Assembly: GCF_963853765.1 (NCBI RefSeq)
Contig: NC_088855.1
Span: forward strand, 36,766,001-36,830,000
Reading direction: 5' to 3'
Length of the DNA stretch: 64,000 nucleotides
From: Magallana gigas
Taxonomy: Eukaryota
Below the pieces are notes generated by a model. It saw nothing but the letters and a program-made list of their open reading frames with translations. It searched no databases and was not told where the DNA came from. The position numbers were made by a program, and so were the translations under genes. This document shows positions 10,682 to 22,744 of this stretch, in pieces; positions within the stretch are counted from its first letter, which is position 1, and the number at the start of each line of letters is the position of its first letter.

Positions 10682-13150
10682 TTTCGATTCACTGACAAAG
10701 CACAACTACCACAAAAGATATGTTTTTAATGAAGAGAGATTAAAATGTTGATAAAGTCAGGTATACGATTTAGGCGTAGGTGCATCTACTAAAGGAGAGG
10801 GCTCAAATAGGCAGACTGTCTGCTGCCCAATCCTATTATGTAATATTTTTTACATAATAAAATATAAAAAAAAATCTACTGAGTGAAGCGCACAGTTCCA
10901 AAGTTGTTTTTGCCATATCTATTAATCGTATTATATTTTTTATTTGAAGGTCACTCCAGCCCCAACCCAGAATATTCAAATTTGAAGTGATCATTTTAAT
11001 CACTGAGATTATACTCACACATTATTATAACACGCGACAACAACCTTCAAATTCAGATTTTGAGTATAGAAAAGAAAAACACAGACAATTCAGCTTTGAG
11101 CCTAAACTTCTTTCCAGTATTTTCAATATTTTTTAACGTTACCTTTCTGTGACAGGAAATTGTAACAGCATACGGAAAACTTAGCTAGTCTAAAATAACG
11201 GACATGGATGAGACACAGATAAAAATGAAATATTTTTATGATTAATGTTACAAAGTCCTTAGGAAAGTCACATCGTGTTTTGTAGAGATTGATCGAGTAA
11301 TTTTAGAATGAACTGTAATGATGACACACTGCATTTCAATACAGACTTTAAGGAATGTCAAATTATCTTTTCAGTCAACTAAATTCCATTCAGTAGCTCC
11401 TGTTGTATTGAAATTTGTGTTGTAGTTTATTTTAATTGTACATTGTATCGACTTGTGGAGAATGCAAATTGCTATATAGCATCCAGATGGAAAACATGTG
11501 GCACATTTGTCATAGTTATTTGACCAGCACCTGATAGGTCATTGGAAAGAATCCCATTAATTTCGGTTTACCTTAGTAGTTCATCTCCGATGGGTTAAGC
11601 ACTGAAGAAACAGAGCCTCAACTTTGACCACTTGTAGTTCATAATTGACCTGACTTAGCGTTCTTTTTCTTTCTTTAATATGGAGTTGCCCCCCTCCCCG
11701 GCCCCCATTTTTTAGGAACATGCTATGAAATTGAATTGAAATTAAGAACTTTAACAGGGAAGTTGATGTTATTGGCCCCCTCCGGACTAGAATTGTCATG
11801 ATAAAGAGTTGCCCCCCCCTTTTTTGTTTTTGCTTGTCAAGATTTTTTGTCCCATCCCACTTCTAAAAATGTATTTGAGTAACAATGAGGTATTTGCCTC
11901 ATTTGAACTAAGTACACTTCGGCCATATTTATCAAGATTATTTTTCTGTTGTCCCAACCCAAACCATTGAAAAAATCAATTTTAAAACTGTTCTCTTACA
12001 AATTACAATAAACGGTATAATCAAAGACGGTTTCAGTTATCTAAAAGATAAAGTTTGATTTTAAACATATATGACTTTGTTACAATCATGTTTATTTACT
12101 AATGACTTTTTAAATTTCATTGACCTGTTAAGCAAGCATTATGAAAGATGATTTAGTAATTTTCTGCAAGTCCAGTAAATTGCAGACTGTTCGTAAATAC
12201 TAAATTTGTCTGGTATTTTAAAGAAACCTTCCACTTTTTCAGGACTAACGGATTATTTTAATCTTAACAGAGCACAATTTACCCATTTTTGAGTAAAGGT
12301 TCAGAATAATCAAGTATAAAAATGAGCTGGGTATTTAGAATTCTATTTCAAGAAATAAAAACCCAGTAACGCCATCATAATGTAGTACATGTACATGACA
12401 AGTTCAAGTTTATTCAAACCTTGACCAGCAATGGGGGAGCAAAGTTTTTAAAGAAAAACAAAATAAAAAATCTCCAAAGGATAAACTGTACAATGTGTGA
12501 AATCAATGTTAAAAAATGTTAATGTAGCGGTTTTAATGGTTTTTTAAAACCATAAATACGACGGTAAGAAATAAAATGGGCTAAAAGTGGGCAAGATTTT
12601 CCGTAGAGAGCTTTTTAAAAAAAAATGCAAAAACAAACAACCAAATGACAATGTAGTTCTTGAAAATATATTTAGTCTTTACACAATTTCTTCGTAACAG
12701 AAAATAAAATTAGCACCAACGTTTATAACACGTTAAATGTCATTTTCTTACAATTTTTATTCACATTAACATTTAAGAAAATGGTTGTTCATGTACACAT
12801 GAATTTCATTCTTTTTTTTACATAGCACCAATGAACGCGTTGAGAAGGAAACACAGTATTCCAAATCAGATGAAAATAATGGTTTTCGAAAGAAGATAAC
12901 GTCACAAAGCAATACAAATAGACTGGTTTGGTATGCTTCAACATAGCTTTGCGAGAAAAAATACATTGAATGCTTAAACATGTTTTATAAAAATGTCAAC
13001 CAGTTTCATTATTTCCCCATTGTCATTATTCACAGTCTCTACTGATATATGTATGAATTGAATCATATCAAACATAGATTTACACCTATTTATCAAAAGG
13101 CTACATACGTACACGTAACAACAAAAATAAGTCAGAAGATGTCAGCCTAT

Positions 13151-14549
13151 TTACAAATGGCCAACTATTTCTGATGACGGATTGACAAACACACGTTTTG
13201 AAGGAACAATCTGCAGAGTTATGTTTAAACAGGCGAACAATGGAGGTGGATTTTTTTCATAACTGAAGATTTTTGCCACAACAGTGTAAGATCCCTGTAA
13301 GAAAAATGATTATAAGATTATAAATTAGTATGCCGGTCAAACATAATGAACTATGTTACAAATGATTACAGAATGCATGTGTAGTGCTTTTATCAATTTG
13401 TGTTCATAATTATTGAAATCATTAACTAATTTCAGAATCCAAATTCATAAAAGCTTGACCTCTTAAACCATATTTTGAAAAAGCGAGAAAACTCAAATCA
13501 TGTGAAAACCACATTTATAAATGAACCTACCTCGGGTACCCTATTCAAATCACTGTATCGGAAAGAATAAACATGTCTGTCTGTAAAATATAATTTTTGG
13601 ATAATAATGCAAATAACATAAATGAAACAAATACACCAATTTGTGCTTTATGATAAAGATATCAATACTTCATTCAATACCTCCTTTTTTTAACGGACAT
13701 CCTATAAAGGGGGCTACGTGATTGAGGTCATTGCAACCCACGTCTTGGTCCAGGGAGAAAATTGGGTCAGGACTACCTTCCATATAGACGTCTAAGTGGG
13801 CTAGACCCTTGTTGAAGTCGATAGCTATTTAGCAGAATGACATAATTAATCATTCTTAGCTTTTTTTGCATAAGATTACTAGCATATTCTATACATGGAA
13901 AAAATCTTACGATTGGTGACGTCGAAGTAAATCATGACAGACTTTTGTGGATCAATGACCTTTGGAACCCATGAAATGTTTAGATGAGCACCTTTTGGTC
14001 CTGTAAAGATAGATTAAACCTTATGTAATATTCTGGTATTTTTATATGCAAAGATCATATTTAACTATAAAATCCAAACAATTCATGACAACCATTCAAC
14101 AAAATTAGGACATATTATAAGAATTTCAAGAATTGTGGATATTGAAAAGAAGTCTCTGTAGATGGTCCTTCAAATAACTGTTGTTACCTACCACAAACAC
14201 TGGCTGTTCCTGTGTTGTTTTCTGCTTTATCTAACCACTGCAAGCCGGACAATGGCAGCATGCCTTTCAGGTTTTTCAAATTAGCGGCATTATGGGCCTT
14301 CGTCATTAGCGAAGACAGCGAAGTAAGCGAAGAATCAAATACTCCATTGTTCTCTGGGACTTCAATTTTCGCATTCTCTCCTTTCACATCCCCTCCTCTC
14401 CCTCCAAATCGGATGATCTCCTTGATATTTATTTGTTTGTCGATCACAACATAGTTTGTGTCTGATCTTGTTTTTCCGTCCTCTTGTGAAAACGAAAGAC
14501 TGACGAAAGAAATGATTGACAGCAACACTTGTACCTTTAATCTAGTCAT
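13151..14549 (-). CDS. ML-3: secreted ML-domain protein, LY96/LY86-like, 261 aa
   Basis: Exons 14549-14192, 14000-13911, 13824-13681, 13580-13531, 13294-13151 (358+90+144+50+144 nt). Domain: C|GPKGAHLNISWVPKVIDPQKSVMIYFDVTN|PIDFNKGLAHLDVYMEGSPDPIFSLDQDVGCNDLNHVAPFIGCPLKKG|DRHVYSFRYSDLNRVPE|GSYTVVAKIFSYEKNPPPLFACLNITLQIVPSKRVFVNPSSEIVGHL*. Confidence 0.9.
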
Positions 14550-15435
14550 TGTTTACACCTACAAACAAACATAATAATGAAATAACACTTTCTAACAATT
14601 TCACAGAATTTGCCATTTCTAAATTTGGATACTAGTACTAGAAAAACATTGAAATAGTGAGCTTTAAAGTCAATAAATTAGGTTTCTTTTTTTTAATTTG
14701 GACTGTTGGTGACAAACCCCATCTTTGAAACAATATTTCTCATTGATATACGCGATTTTTGGGTTTAAAATGTAGTTTTCTTTATATCTTTACTTTGGTA
14801 TTTGTTATTACGTGTAATGGACCCATTTTTAGCAGATGGATAAAACTCTCATATTCATGTTATATGACGTTTTGATATATCTTCATGTTAATTAGATAAA
14901 TTGTTTAGGTTGCAAATTAGACCCCATATAGCTAAGCGTTCCCTGTTCATTACTAGACTGAAATATTCAATAAATTGACCAAAAAAGTAGGATCAAATTT
15001 GTTTAAGATTTTAATATAAGGTACTGTTTCTCCAAATTTTAAAGACACCATTAAAATATGCAATAATTGTGAGGATATTGGGTCATATGCCAACATGCCA
15101 ACATTAGCATGCTAATAGCGTTGTCAATGAGGTTATTTATATGAATCGGAATTGAATTAAACACTTTATTTTAATTTTGAATAAAGATATTTAAGAATTG
15201 AAAAGTCCATATTGACAAATTGATATATCTGACCCTAGATAGCTTGGAATCTCTCTGCAGGTCATTATGACTAGATCTTATGAAATACAGTGAATACATG
15301 GCTATGTTGACAACATCTCGGTGTGACATTTCTAACAACGCGGGACAGGTCTGCTTATCTACAGCTCTCCCTATTTAAATATAAACCTATATTGTGGTAT
15401 AAACAAAATACAAGATATCCTTAAGAAAGATCCCC

Positions 15436-15438
<3 letters not shown>

Positions 15439-15485
<47 letters not shown>
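15439..15485. repeat. (GA)n microsatellite at the start of the putative 5' UTR intron of ML-3
   Basis: Direct read; 25 nt from the donor AAG|GTAAGG at 15511/15510. Confidence 0.95.
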
Positions 15486-15489
<4 letters not shown>

Positions 15490-15510
15490 CATTTTGATAT
15501 ATCACCTTAC

Positions 15511-15648
15511 CTTTGATCGCAATTATGTAAAAAAAAATGTAACACTTGGGTAGATCTTCTAACTTCCTGACCCAGAGAGTAAAACTTCCTGGTTTGAACC
15601 GGGGGTTATTTTGGAAACCCCGATTATCATGGCACAGCTATTTAAATA
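15511..15648 (-). promoter_or_regulatory. Putative core promoter and non-coding first exon of ML-3
   Basis: TATTTAAATA (15648-15639), ACCAGGAAGT (15593-15584), a second TCAGGAAGT (15570-15562), then donor AAG|GTAAGG. Confidence 0.65.
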
Positions 15649-16499
15649 CCCGGGTCACCAGTGTCATGCACATGTTAATGTTGTATGGGTTGATGAATAT
15701 CATTAAAAATTGAACAATATCTCTTTAATAATGTTTAAAAGGTTGTTGACTTTTCGCCTACCAACCAAATTGGTGTATAACATGTTTTGCTTTGTTAAAT
15801 AAATTCACAAGTTAACTAACATTGCTTTTGAAAATATATACATGTATATGCAAACGTGTGCAAACTATGTCATACAATACTGAACTCCATGCATCATTTA
15901 AAAATTCTGAGCGATTTAAGTTTAGCTATTTAGGGTATTTTATGAACCAGGGCTTTCCAAACGTTAACATGCTAACATTAAAATATACAACACCTGTGGA
16001 AAACCCAGAACATGTTTGGCAATAAACAAATAAACCCTTATATTTTATCGGTGAGTCGCTAAATATAGCCTTACACGGAAATATAATACCCTTCGCTAAA
16101 TTAAGTGCCACATTTACTCTCTGGGGTTGATTTTTAAAACAATTTTAATGAAATAGAACAATTTAGCATAACAATAATTCAGTGTGAAATTGTTTTTCAA
16201 AGTGGTAAACTTAGGGATTTTTTTTGTTATTTAAAAAAACCGTCAGAATTGAATCAACAATTCATATTTTGATATTTTTTGTTAATTCTCAAGTTTGATA
16301 CAATATGAAAGAAATAAAACACCATTTAATTACTTTTCACCAGTTCTCTTATTTAAACAACTATTTATATATACATTAGAGCTATTGGCCAAAGATAACT
16401 TAAGATGAGGTCAGGTAACATCATATCTATCTAAAGTGTTCTTAAAAGCCGTTGAACAACTTTCCCTACAAAATTCTCAAACACTTCTGATCGCATTTA

Positions 16500-16630
16500 G
16501 TAATGAATCCAGGATTTGTTAAAAGGGGTCGGGAGTCTGGGACCGTCTTGGGGCGCTCAGTAGGTCCAGGCCTCCAGGGCCCTGTTGGGGGCCAAGGGAC
16601 GAAGCCCGTGGAAGCTCCCTTGATTTTTTT
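16500..16630. repeat. Short GC-rich interspersed repeat fragment
   Basis: GC island (ggggtcggg...ggtccagg...gggggccaagggacgaagcccgtggaagctcc) in AT-rich intergenic DNA. Resembles repeats I associate with bivalves; family not established. Confidence 0.4.
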
Positions 16631-17029
16631 AGGGGAATAAAACCCCCCTTAGAGTAATTCTGGCTATACTTGACATATAAGATCTATAAATAGCAACAAA
16701 AAAAGAAAGAAAAGAAACTTGACTCTCGTTGGCTTCACAGGTTTTTAATATCACAAAAGGGGCCACTTCATTCTATATTTGCCAGTGGTATTGCAGCTGA
16801 CCAGTGTTGCATCTGCGATTTGTTTTAGTTCTAGTATATATTTGTTTCAGAAGGAACATCAAAGTCCAGTGTTCGCTTAATTCAAAGAACTGGGGCATGT
16901 CTTTAACCTTAAACTTCATACAACATTATTTGTATAAATTCTAGCAATGCTCTTCCTCTACGTTATTTCTTTTGCAAAAAGGCAAAAAAAAAGATACGTC
17001 AACTTTTTCAATTATTAACTCTCAGAGTT

Positions 17030-18400
17030 ATATGATTGGTCTCACGGCCTAAATTGAGTCAATGTGTCCGTCGTCTGTCCGTCTGTAAACTTTTACATGT
17101 TTAACCTCTTCTCTACCACTCGGGCATATCCTATTGACGACCACCTTGTACATTTGAGAATAAAAAATGTAAACGTTTCTTAAACTGGTCTGTTTCTGTC
17201 CAAAATGTCCAAAACTTTTATCAAAAGATAAAAAAGAAAGACAATATGGCGTTTTACAAATTGTTTCGTATGAAAGTTATGCTTACAAGAACAAAACAAC
17301 GCATTTTTAATCATCTATAACTGCGCAGCTAAACTTCAAGACCTAAAAATAAGAAATAATTTGAGATATTTTTTATTAAAGACATTTTTTGGACCCATAT
17401 CCCACTTTTACAAAGAATTTACCTTTATAACTGAATTGATAAAAACTTGGGACTGGTATAGAGATTTCTGTCATAATTAATACAGATTGTTTTAAATTGA
17501 CATTTTATTTTTTAAAGGAAATTTAACGTCAATGTGCCTCCATAGACACAGGAGTTCTAAGTATAGACTGTTTTTTTTATTGTTCTAAAACATGCCGAAT
17601 GTTAACAAAATGGTACCCTATTTTGAGGCAAAGAAAAGTTTTCATGTGCAAGGTTCAGCCTTTTTCTTAACAAAAGGTCGTAGAAAGGACACCAATAAAC
17701 CCCATTCATATTTTTAAGATTTTAAAATCTTCCAAATAAGTCTAACAGCTGTTTTGAGTTATCAAGATGGCGTTGTTCTGTTCTTGTATGGTTGATTTGC
17801 ATATAAAACAACATGCAAAACCTCATATTGCTCTTTGAAAAATCTTTTGGCAACAGTTTTGTTCAGTTTCTGACTAAAAAAAAGCCAGTCCAGAAAATGT
17901 TTACATTTCTATCCTCAGATATACATGTACAAGATAAACGCGCATCCGCATTAAAGAAATCATACTTACGGAATGAATCTTTTTTGCAAGAACCACTGCA
18001 TTAGAACTATCATCATTTTCGACAAAGCTTCCTTGTCAATTGTAAATTGAACAAGTTTTTCACTGCTTAAGAAATAGAGGGAAACTCTTTAAAAACATCC
18101 TCTTAAGAATTGCAATGATACAATTCATGATACATGTAATACTATGTTATACTGATAAAGTATAAAATCAAAATTCTTCATACCCACACATCAAAATTGA
18201 ATCCCCAGGGGTTCAAAATACATCATATCATGGACATATTTAGGAAAAGTATTTCAAAGTCGTCTAAAAATTGCAATGCTACAATATGTGATATTGGAAA
18301 ATGTTATTATACAAGCATCCTGATAGTGTTGAATCAATATCGGCAAAATCTTTAAAAATATTCTTCTTTGATATGTGAGTAAAATATGTCAGTGTAGCTA
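17030..18400. mobile_element. Degenerate Helitron/Helentron-derived (HINE-like) repeat with internal satellite-like units
   Basis: tgtccgtcgtctgtccgtctgtaaactttt motif near 17065, and a ~160 bp period further on (aattgcaatg-tacaat at 18108 and 18269). Boundaries are approximate. Confidence 0.4.
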
Positions 18401-18446
18401 CAATTGGCCAAATATTTCTGATGATGAACTGGAAATCACGTTTGGA

Positions 18447-19738
18447 TTAGACGACGTGTAAGGTGAAGTTCAAGCAGGCAAACAGATAGTGTTGGTTTCC
18501 TTCATAACTAACGATTTTTGCCACAATAACGTAATATCCCTGAAAAAAAAAATTACAAGACGTTTAATTCATAATTTTATATGGATTAAAAATATTCTAA
18601 ACCATGAAGCATATTTATGTGCTAAGGATAAATTGCTTATTTTTATAAAAAAGATATTTATTTAGATAAATGCTGGAGAAAATGGATTAATAACCATAAA
18701 AGAACTTACACCAGGTATTTTTTCTAAACTGTGGTAATGACGAGAAACAGAAAGTTTTTCTGTAAACAAATTTTTTTGCACAATTAATTTTAAAGGCAAT
18801 ACTACACGTAAAACAAACAAATGTACAAGTCAGAGCGAAATTTTAAAAAAAAGTATTGCTTTATTTAATACCTCCTTTTTTCAATGGACATGATGTAAAG
18901 GGGTCAACACTTTTGATATCAGTGCAAGCGAAGTCTGCAGCCAATGAAAAAATTGGGTTTGGACTACCATCAATATAGACATCTAAGTGGACTTGACCAT
19001 AGTTGAAGTCAATAGCTGTTGAGCATATAACGTGATTATAAAATACTTATATTTCAAGCATATGTATTGCTTATCATTATAGATCAAAATTGAAGATATC
19101 TTACGATTAGTGATATCGATGAAAATCCTGACGGATTTGTTTGTATCAATCACCTTTGGTACCCATGAAATATTTAGATGAGCACCATTTGGTCCTGTAA
19201 AGATAACAAGTTAAACCTGATGTAAAATTCTTGTATTCTTATGCCTAGATCATATGAAACTATAAAACACCAAACAATTCAAGACAATCATTCAACAAAA
19301 TAAAGACATTTTATTAGAATTTCAAGAACTGTGGATATAAACACATAATTTTAAAATAAAGATTTCTCTATAGAGTGGTCCAGCAAAATACTGTTGTTAC
19401 CTACCACAAACGATGGCTGTCCCTGTGTTGTTTTTTGCTTTAACCAACCCCTTCAAGCCAGACAACGGCACCATATTTTTCGAACTAGTAGCACTGTGGG
19501 CATCTGCCAGCAGTGGAGACAGCAAAGATTCTGACAAATCTTTGTCTGCTGAGACTTTATTCTTGGTTGTCTCTCTTTTCACCTCAACTTTTTTCCCACC
19601 AAATCGGATTATCTCTTTGATATTGAATTGCTTGTCAGCATAGTTTGAGCGTCCCCTTTCTTGTCTGTTCCCTTGGGAGAATGAGAAACTGACGATTACA
19701 GTGGTGGAAACCAACAGTTGTATGGTTAAACTAGTCAT
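18447..19738 (-). CDS. ML-4: secreted ML-domain protein, LY96/LY86-like, 236 aa
   Basis: Exons 19738-19405, 19194-19105, 19015-18872, 18759-18710, 18539-18447 (334+90+144+50+93 nt). Domain: C|GPNGAHLNISWVPKVIDTNKSVRIFIDITN|PIDFNYGQVHLDVYIDGSPNPIFSLAADFACTDIKSVDPFTSCPLKKG|EKLSVSRHYHSLEKIPG|GYYVIVAKIVSYEGNQHYLFACLNFTLHVV*. Confidence 0.9.
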
Positions 19739-21298
19739 CACAAGTACTGAAAACAAGAACAAATAAAATGTTAAAAAAATAGATTTTCAAGTTTGAAAGT
19801 CATTGACACATTGAACTTAAAGTCAAACAATTTATGTTTTCAAATAATACATTTATAAGCATTTGAAAATCACGTTTAGGGCCAGATAGAAAAATATTAT
19901 TTTCCTCTGTTTCGTTTGATTTAATTTGCAAAAATTCTATGCTGGCATTAAGTATAAAGATGTATATATTGATAGGTCATATCCAATCAAACTTGTTTTG
20001 GCTTTTTTTATTCAAGACAGACATAGCTATTTTAATGTAAATAGTGATGCATCACGCATTAGAATCACTTCTTTTTTGTTCTAAGAAATCAATTATTTTG
20101 ACGTTTTGGTACTTTGTTTTAGTAGTATAACTTTTAGGAATATGGATTATTAAGATTATTGCGTTCTTAGGACACTGTATATTAAGTTTTCTATTCATTT
20201 TTGTATAAAAATACCTATTTCAAAAGAGTTAGATAGTGAATATTTTAAAAACTTACAGTTCATTTATTACATGTAATTAAAACATAATTAACATTTGCAT
20301 ATGCAGTACAAAAATAACGGATCAAAGGATCATATTCATGACGACCTATATTGACGTTAGCGTAAAACAGAAGTTTCTTATAATGTTTGTAAAAAGAGTA
20401 AAGTTGAAAGAAAAATCAATAGAATATGGCAAAACTTATTTTTTCTGTAGATAAAATCGGTATAAAATTTAGATTTTAAACGATTGAGATGAATCATCCC
20501 AAATCCCCTTTTTTGGAATATTAATACTTAGAGAAGAGTGACATATCTAGGACCTTCCATGGGATAAAACTAAGCTAAATATTTGTATATCGCATGCCAA
20601 TGTATGACAATGTTATATGTAACATTATAAGATATTTTTGGATAACAGAACAACTGCATTTCTTTATATTTACATCTACAAAGTATTATTCCCTCTATTT
20701 CTTACGGAAACCTATAGTTAATTCATAGCTCTATATAAACAGCCAGACTGAAATCTACACGCCCCGTTTATCAATTGGTCGAAATCTACAGCTGCTGAAA
20801 CTAATAAGAAACTGACAGGACATATATAGACACGCCCTGTTTATCGATTAGTCCAAACCTACAGCGACCTAGAAAAAATCACAAACTGCACAAAATAATC
20901 ATGACGATGTCAGACTCAAAGTCTCACAGGAGACGATTTGGCTGTTTCTTTTAGCTAACGTACTTACGTACATTGAGAGTAATTTAGTGAATTTTACTTA
21001 CTTTTCATAATCAATTTATCAATTAGCTAAAAGAAATATGTTAATTAATGTAAACAATAAAATGCTTTCTTTGATGATTCATTCGGGTTATGTAGGTAGC
21101 GACCAATGCAGAAAAAATTTACATAACGCAGGTTATGTATTTTTTCTGCAATATCGCTACCTTCATATCCCGAATGAATCACCAAAGAAAGCATTTTATT
21201 GTTTAAATAAAACAGTACATGCACATCTTTTTAAATCACCTTATCTGAAAAAAAGCCGATGATACTGAGAAATATACAACCAAAACGCACAATATCAA

Positions 21299-21302
<4 letters not shown>

Positions 21303-21362
<60 letters not shown>
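21303..21362. repeat. (GA)n microsatellite at the start of the putative 5' UTR intron of ML-4
   Basis: Direct read; ~17 nt from the donor AAG|GTAGGA at 21380/21379. Confidence 0.95.
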
Positions 21363-21365
<3 letters not shown>

Positions 21366-21379
21366 CTACTTTTTCCTAC

Positions 21380-21500
21380 CTTTGGTTGTGATAATGCAAT
21401 GAAACTGGGGTAGATCTTTTGAGGTACTCGATGTAGATGGTTTTTAACTTCCTGGTAAGTTTCGGTGTCATCCGTGCATAATGTCAAGGCTATTTAAATA
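21380..21500 (-). promoter_or_regulatory. Putative core promoter and non-coding first exon of ML-4
   Basis: TATTTAAATA (21500-21491), ACCAGGAAGT (21456-21447), donor AAG|GTAGGA; homologous to 15511-15648. Confidence 0.65.
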
Positions 21501-22744
21501 CCTGACTTCAATACATTGTTTATTAGAAAGTTGAAAGAAAACTCAAATATTGTACTGATTTAACCGACATTCAGTTACCGCAGTAACCGTCATACAACCA
21601 TACAAGCAACATGGCGACGACCGAATAACGAAATCGAGAAAAAAAAAACCACGCCATTATTAGTTTTTTCATCAAAACGGTTCAACGCTCCAAAACATGT
21701 TGACTTTGAAAATCTTTTAGCGACATAGCAATATATCAACAATTAACTTTTATACCAGTATTTTGAGAAAATTATACAGTAACGCATACTTCTTAATTTA
21801 AGGGATAATATAGTTTACCCCCCAAAACAAACAAAGATATTTGTGCAATGTTTTATGAAACTAAACGGTTCGAAACCTGATTCATAACACTTCAATGCAT
21901 TCATTCAAAATTGTTTAGGATAATTTGTCTGCACCGCTTGGTGTGTCATAGGACCGACGACATCCAAAAATAAGCATTCAATGCATATATTTATATTTTC
22001 AAACTGATGTCTATTTGTATGAAATACTGTGTATATCGCCGCTGTGAAGCCATTACTTGCGCTCTTAGTCAAAGATATGAAACGTACATGGAACAGTCAT
22101 ATTAACATGTTATTTAGTTAGCTTCCGCGGCAAAAAATATAGTGCCAGACACTGTGTGGAGAAAAATCTTTTTTATTAAGGAGTAGATATAACGTTATGA
22201 ATGTATTTTCCTTGAATGTCTAGGGATTACATACATGTATCGCCGTTAGACAGCAATAGAAATAAAAAGTTTGTTTTGCTCCAGTTTCAAAACTATTCTT
22301 ATTGTGATTTGAAATTTGTCTGTCGTGTCGCTGATGAGCCAACTAAAGATCAATAAATGATATTAAGATTATCAAAATTTATTCTCTTTAATTATAAAAA
22401 GATATACAAGAATCAATATAACATGTATCCAGATTTTGTTTTTCTGTAATCGGATGCAAAAGTGTTTTTTACCTGTAAATGTTGGTATTGGTATTTTTAG
22501 AATGAAGTCCCGGTCTCAAAAAATTCAATTGATGGGTGAATTACAAAGTTAAACACGAAGATTTTACTTTTTGAAAGTATTTTGCAAATATTTTGCAAAT
22601 GAGCATTCAATTTGCTGAGCTGCATAACTTGAATCAGGAGAAATTATCAATTTTGTAACAAATTATGTAATAATCTTGTACTCGAATTGTAGGATTAGCA
22701 ATCAACTACATTCAGGATAAAAATCAAGAAAATTGTCACGTTTG

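Noticed and set aside
11500-12700. Satellite-like or Helitron-internal fragments between ML-2 and ML-3, and short tandem motifs near 20740-20880 and 61660-61775
   Set aside because: Probably degraded interspersed repeats, but termini and periods could not be defined by eye.
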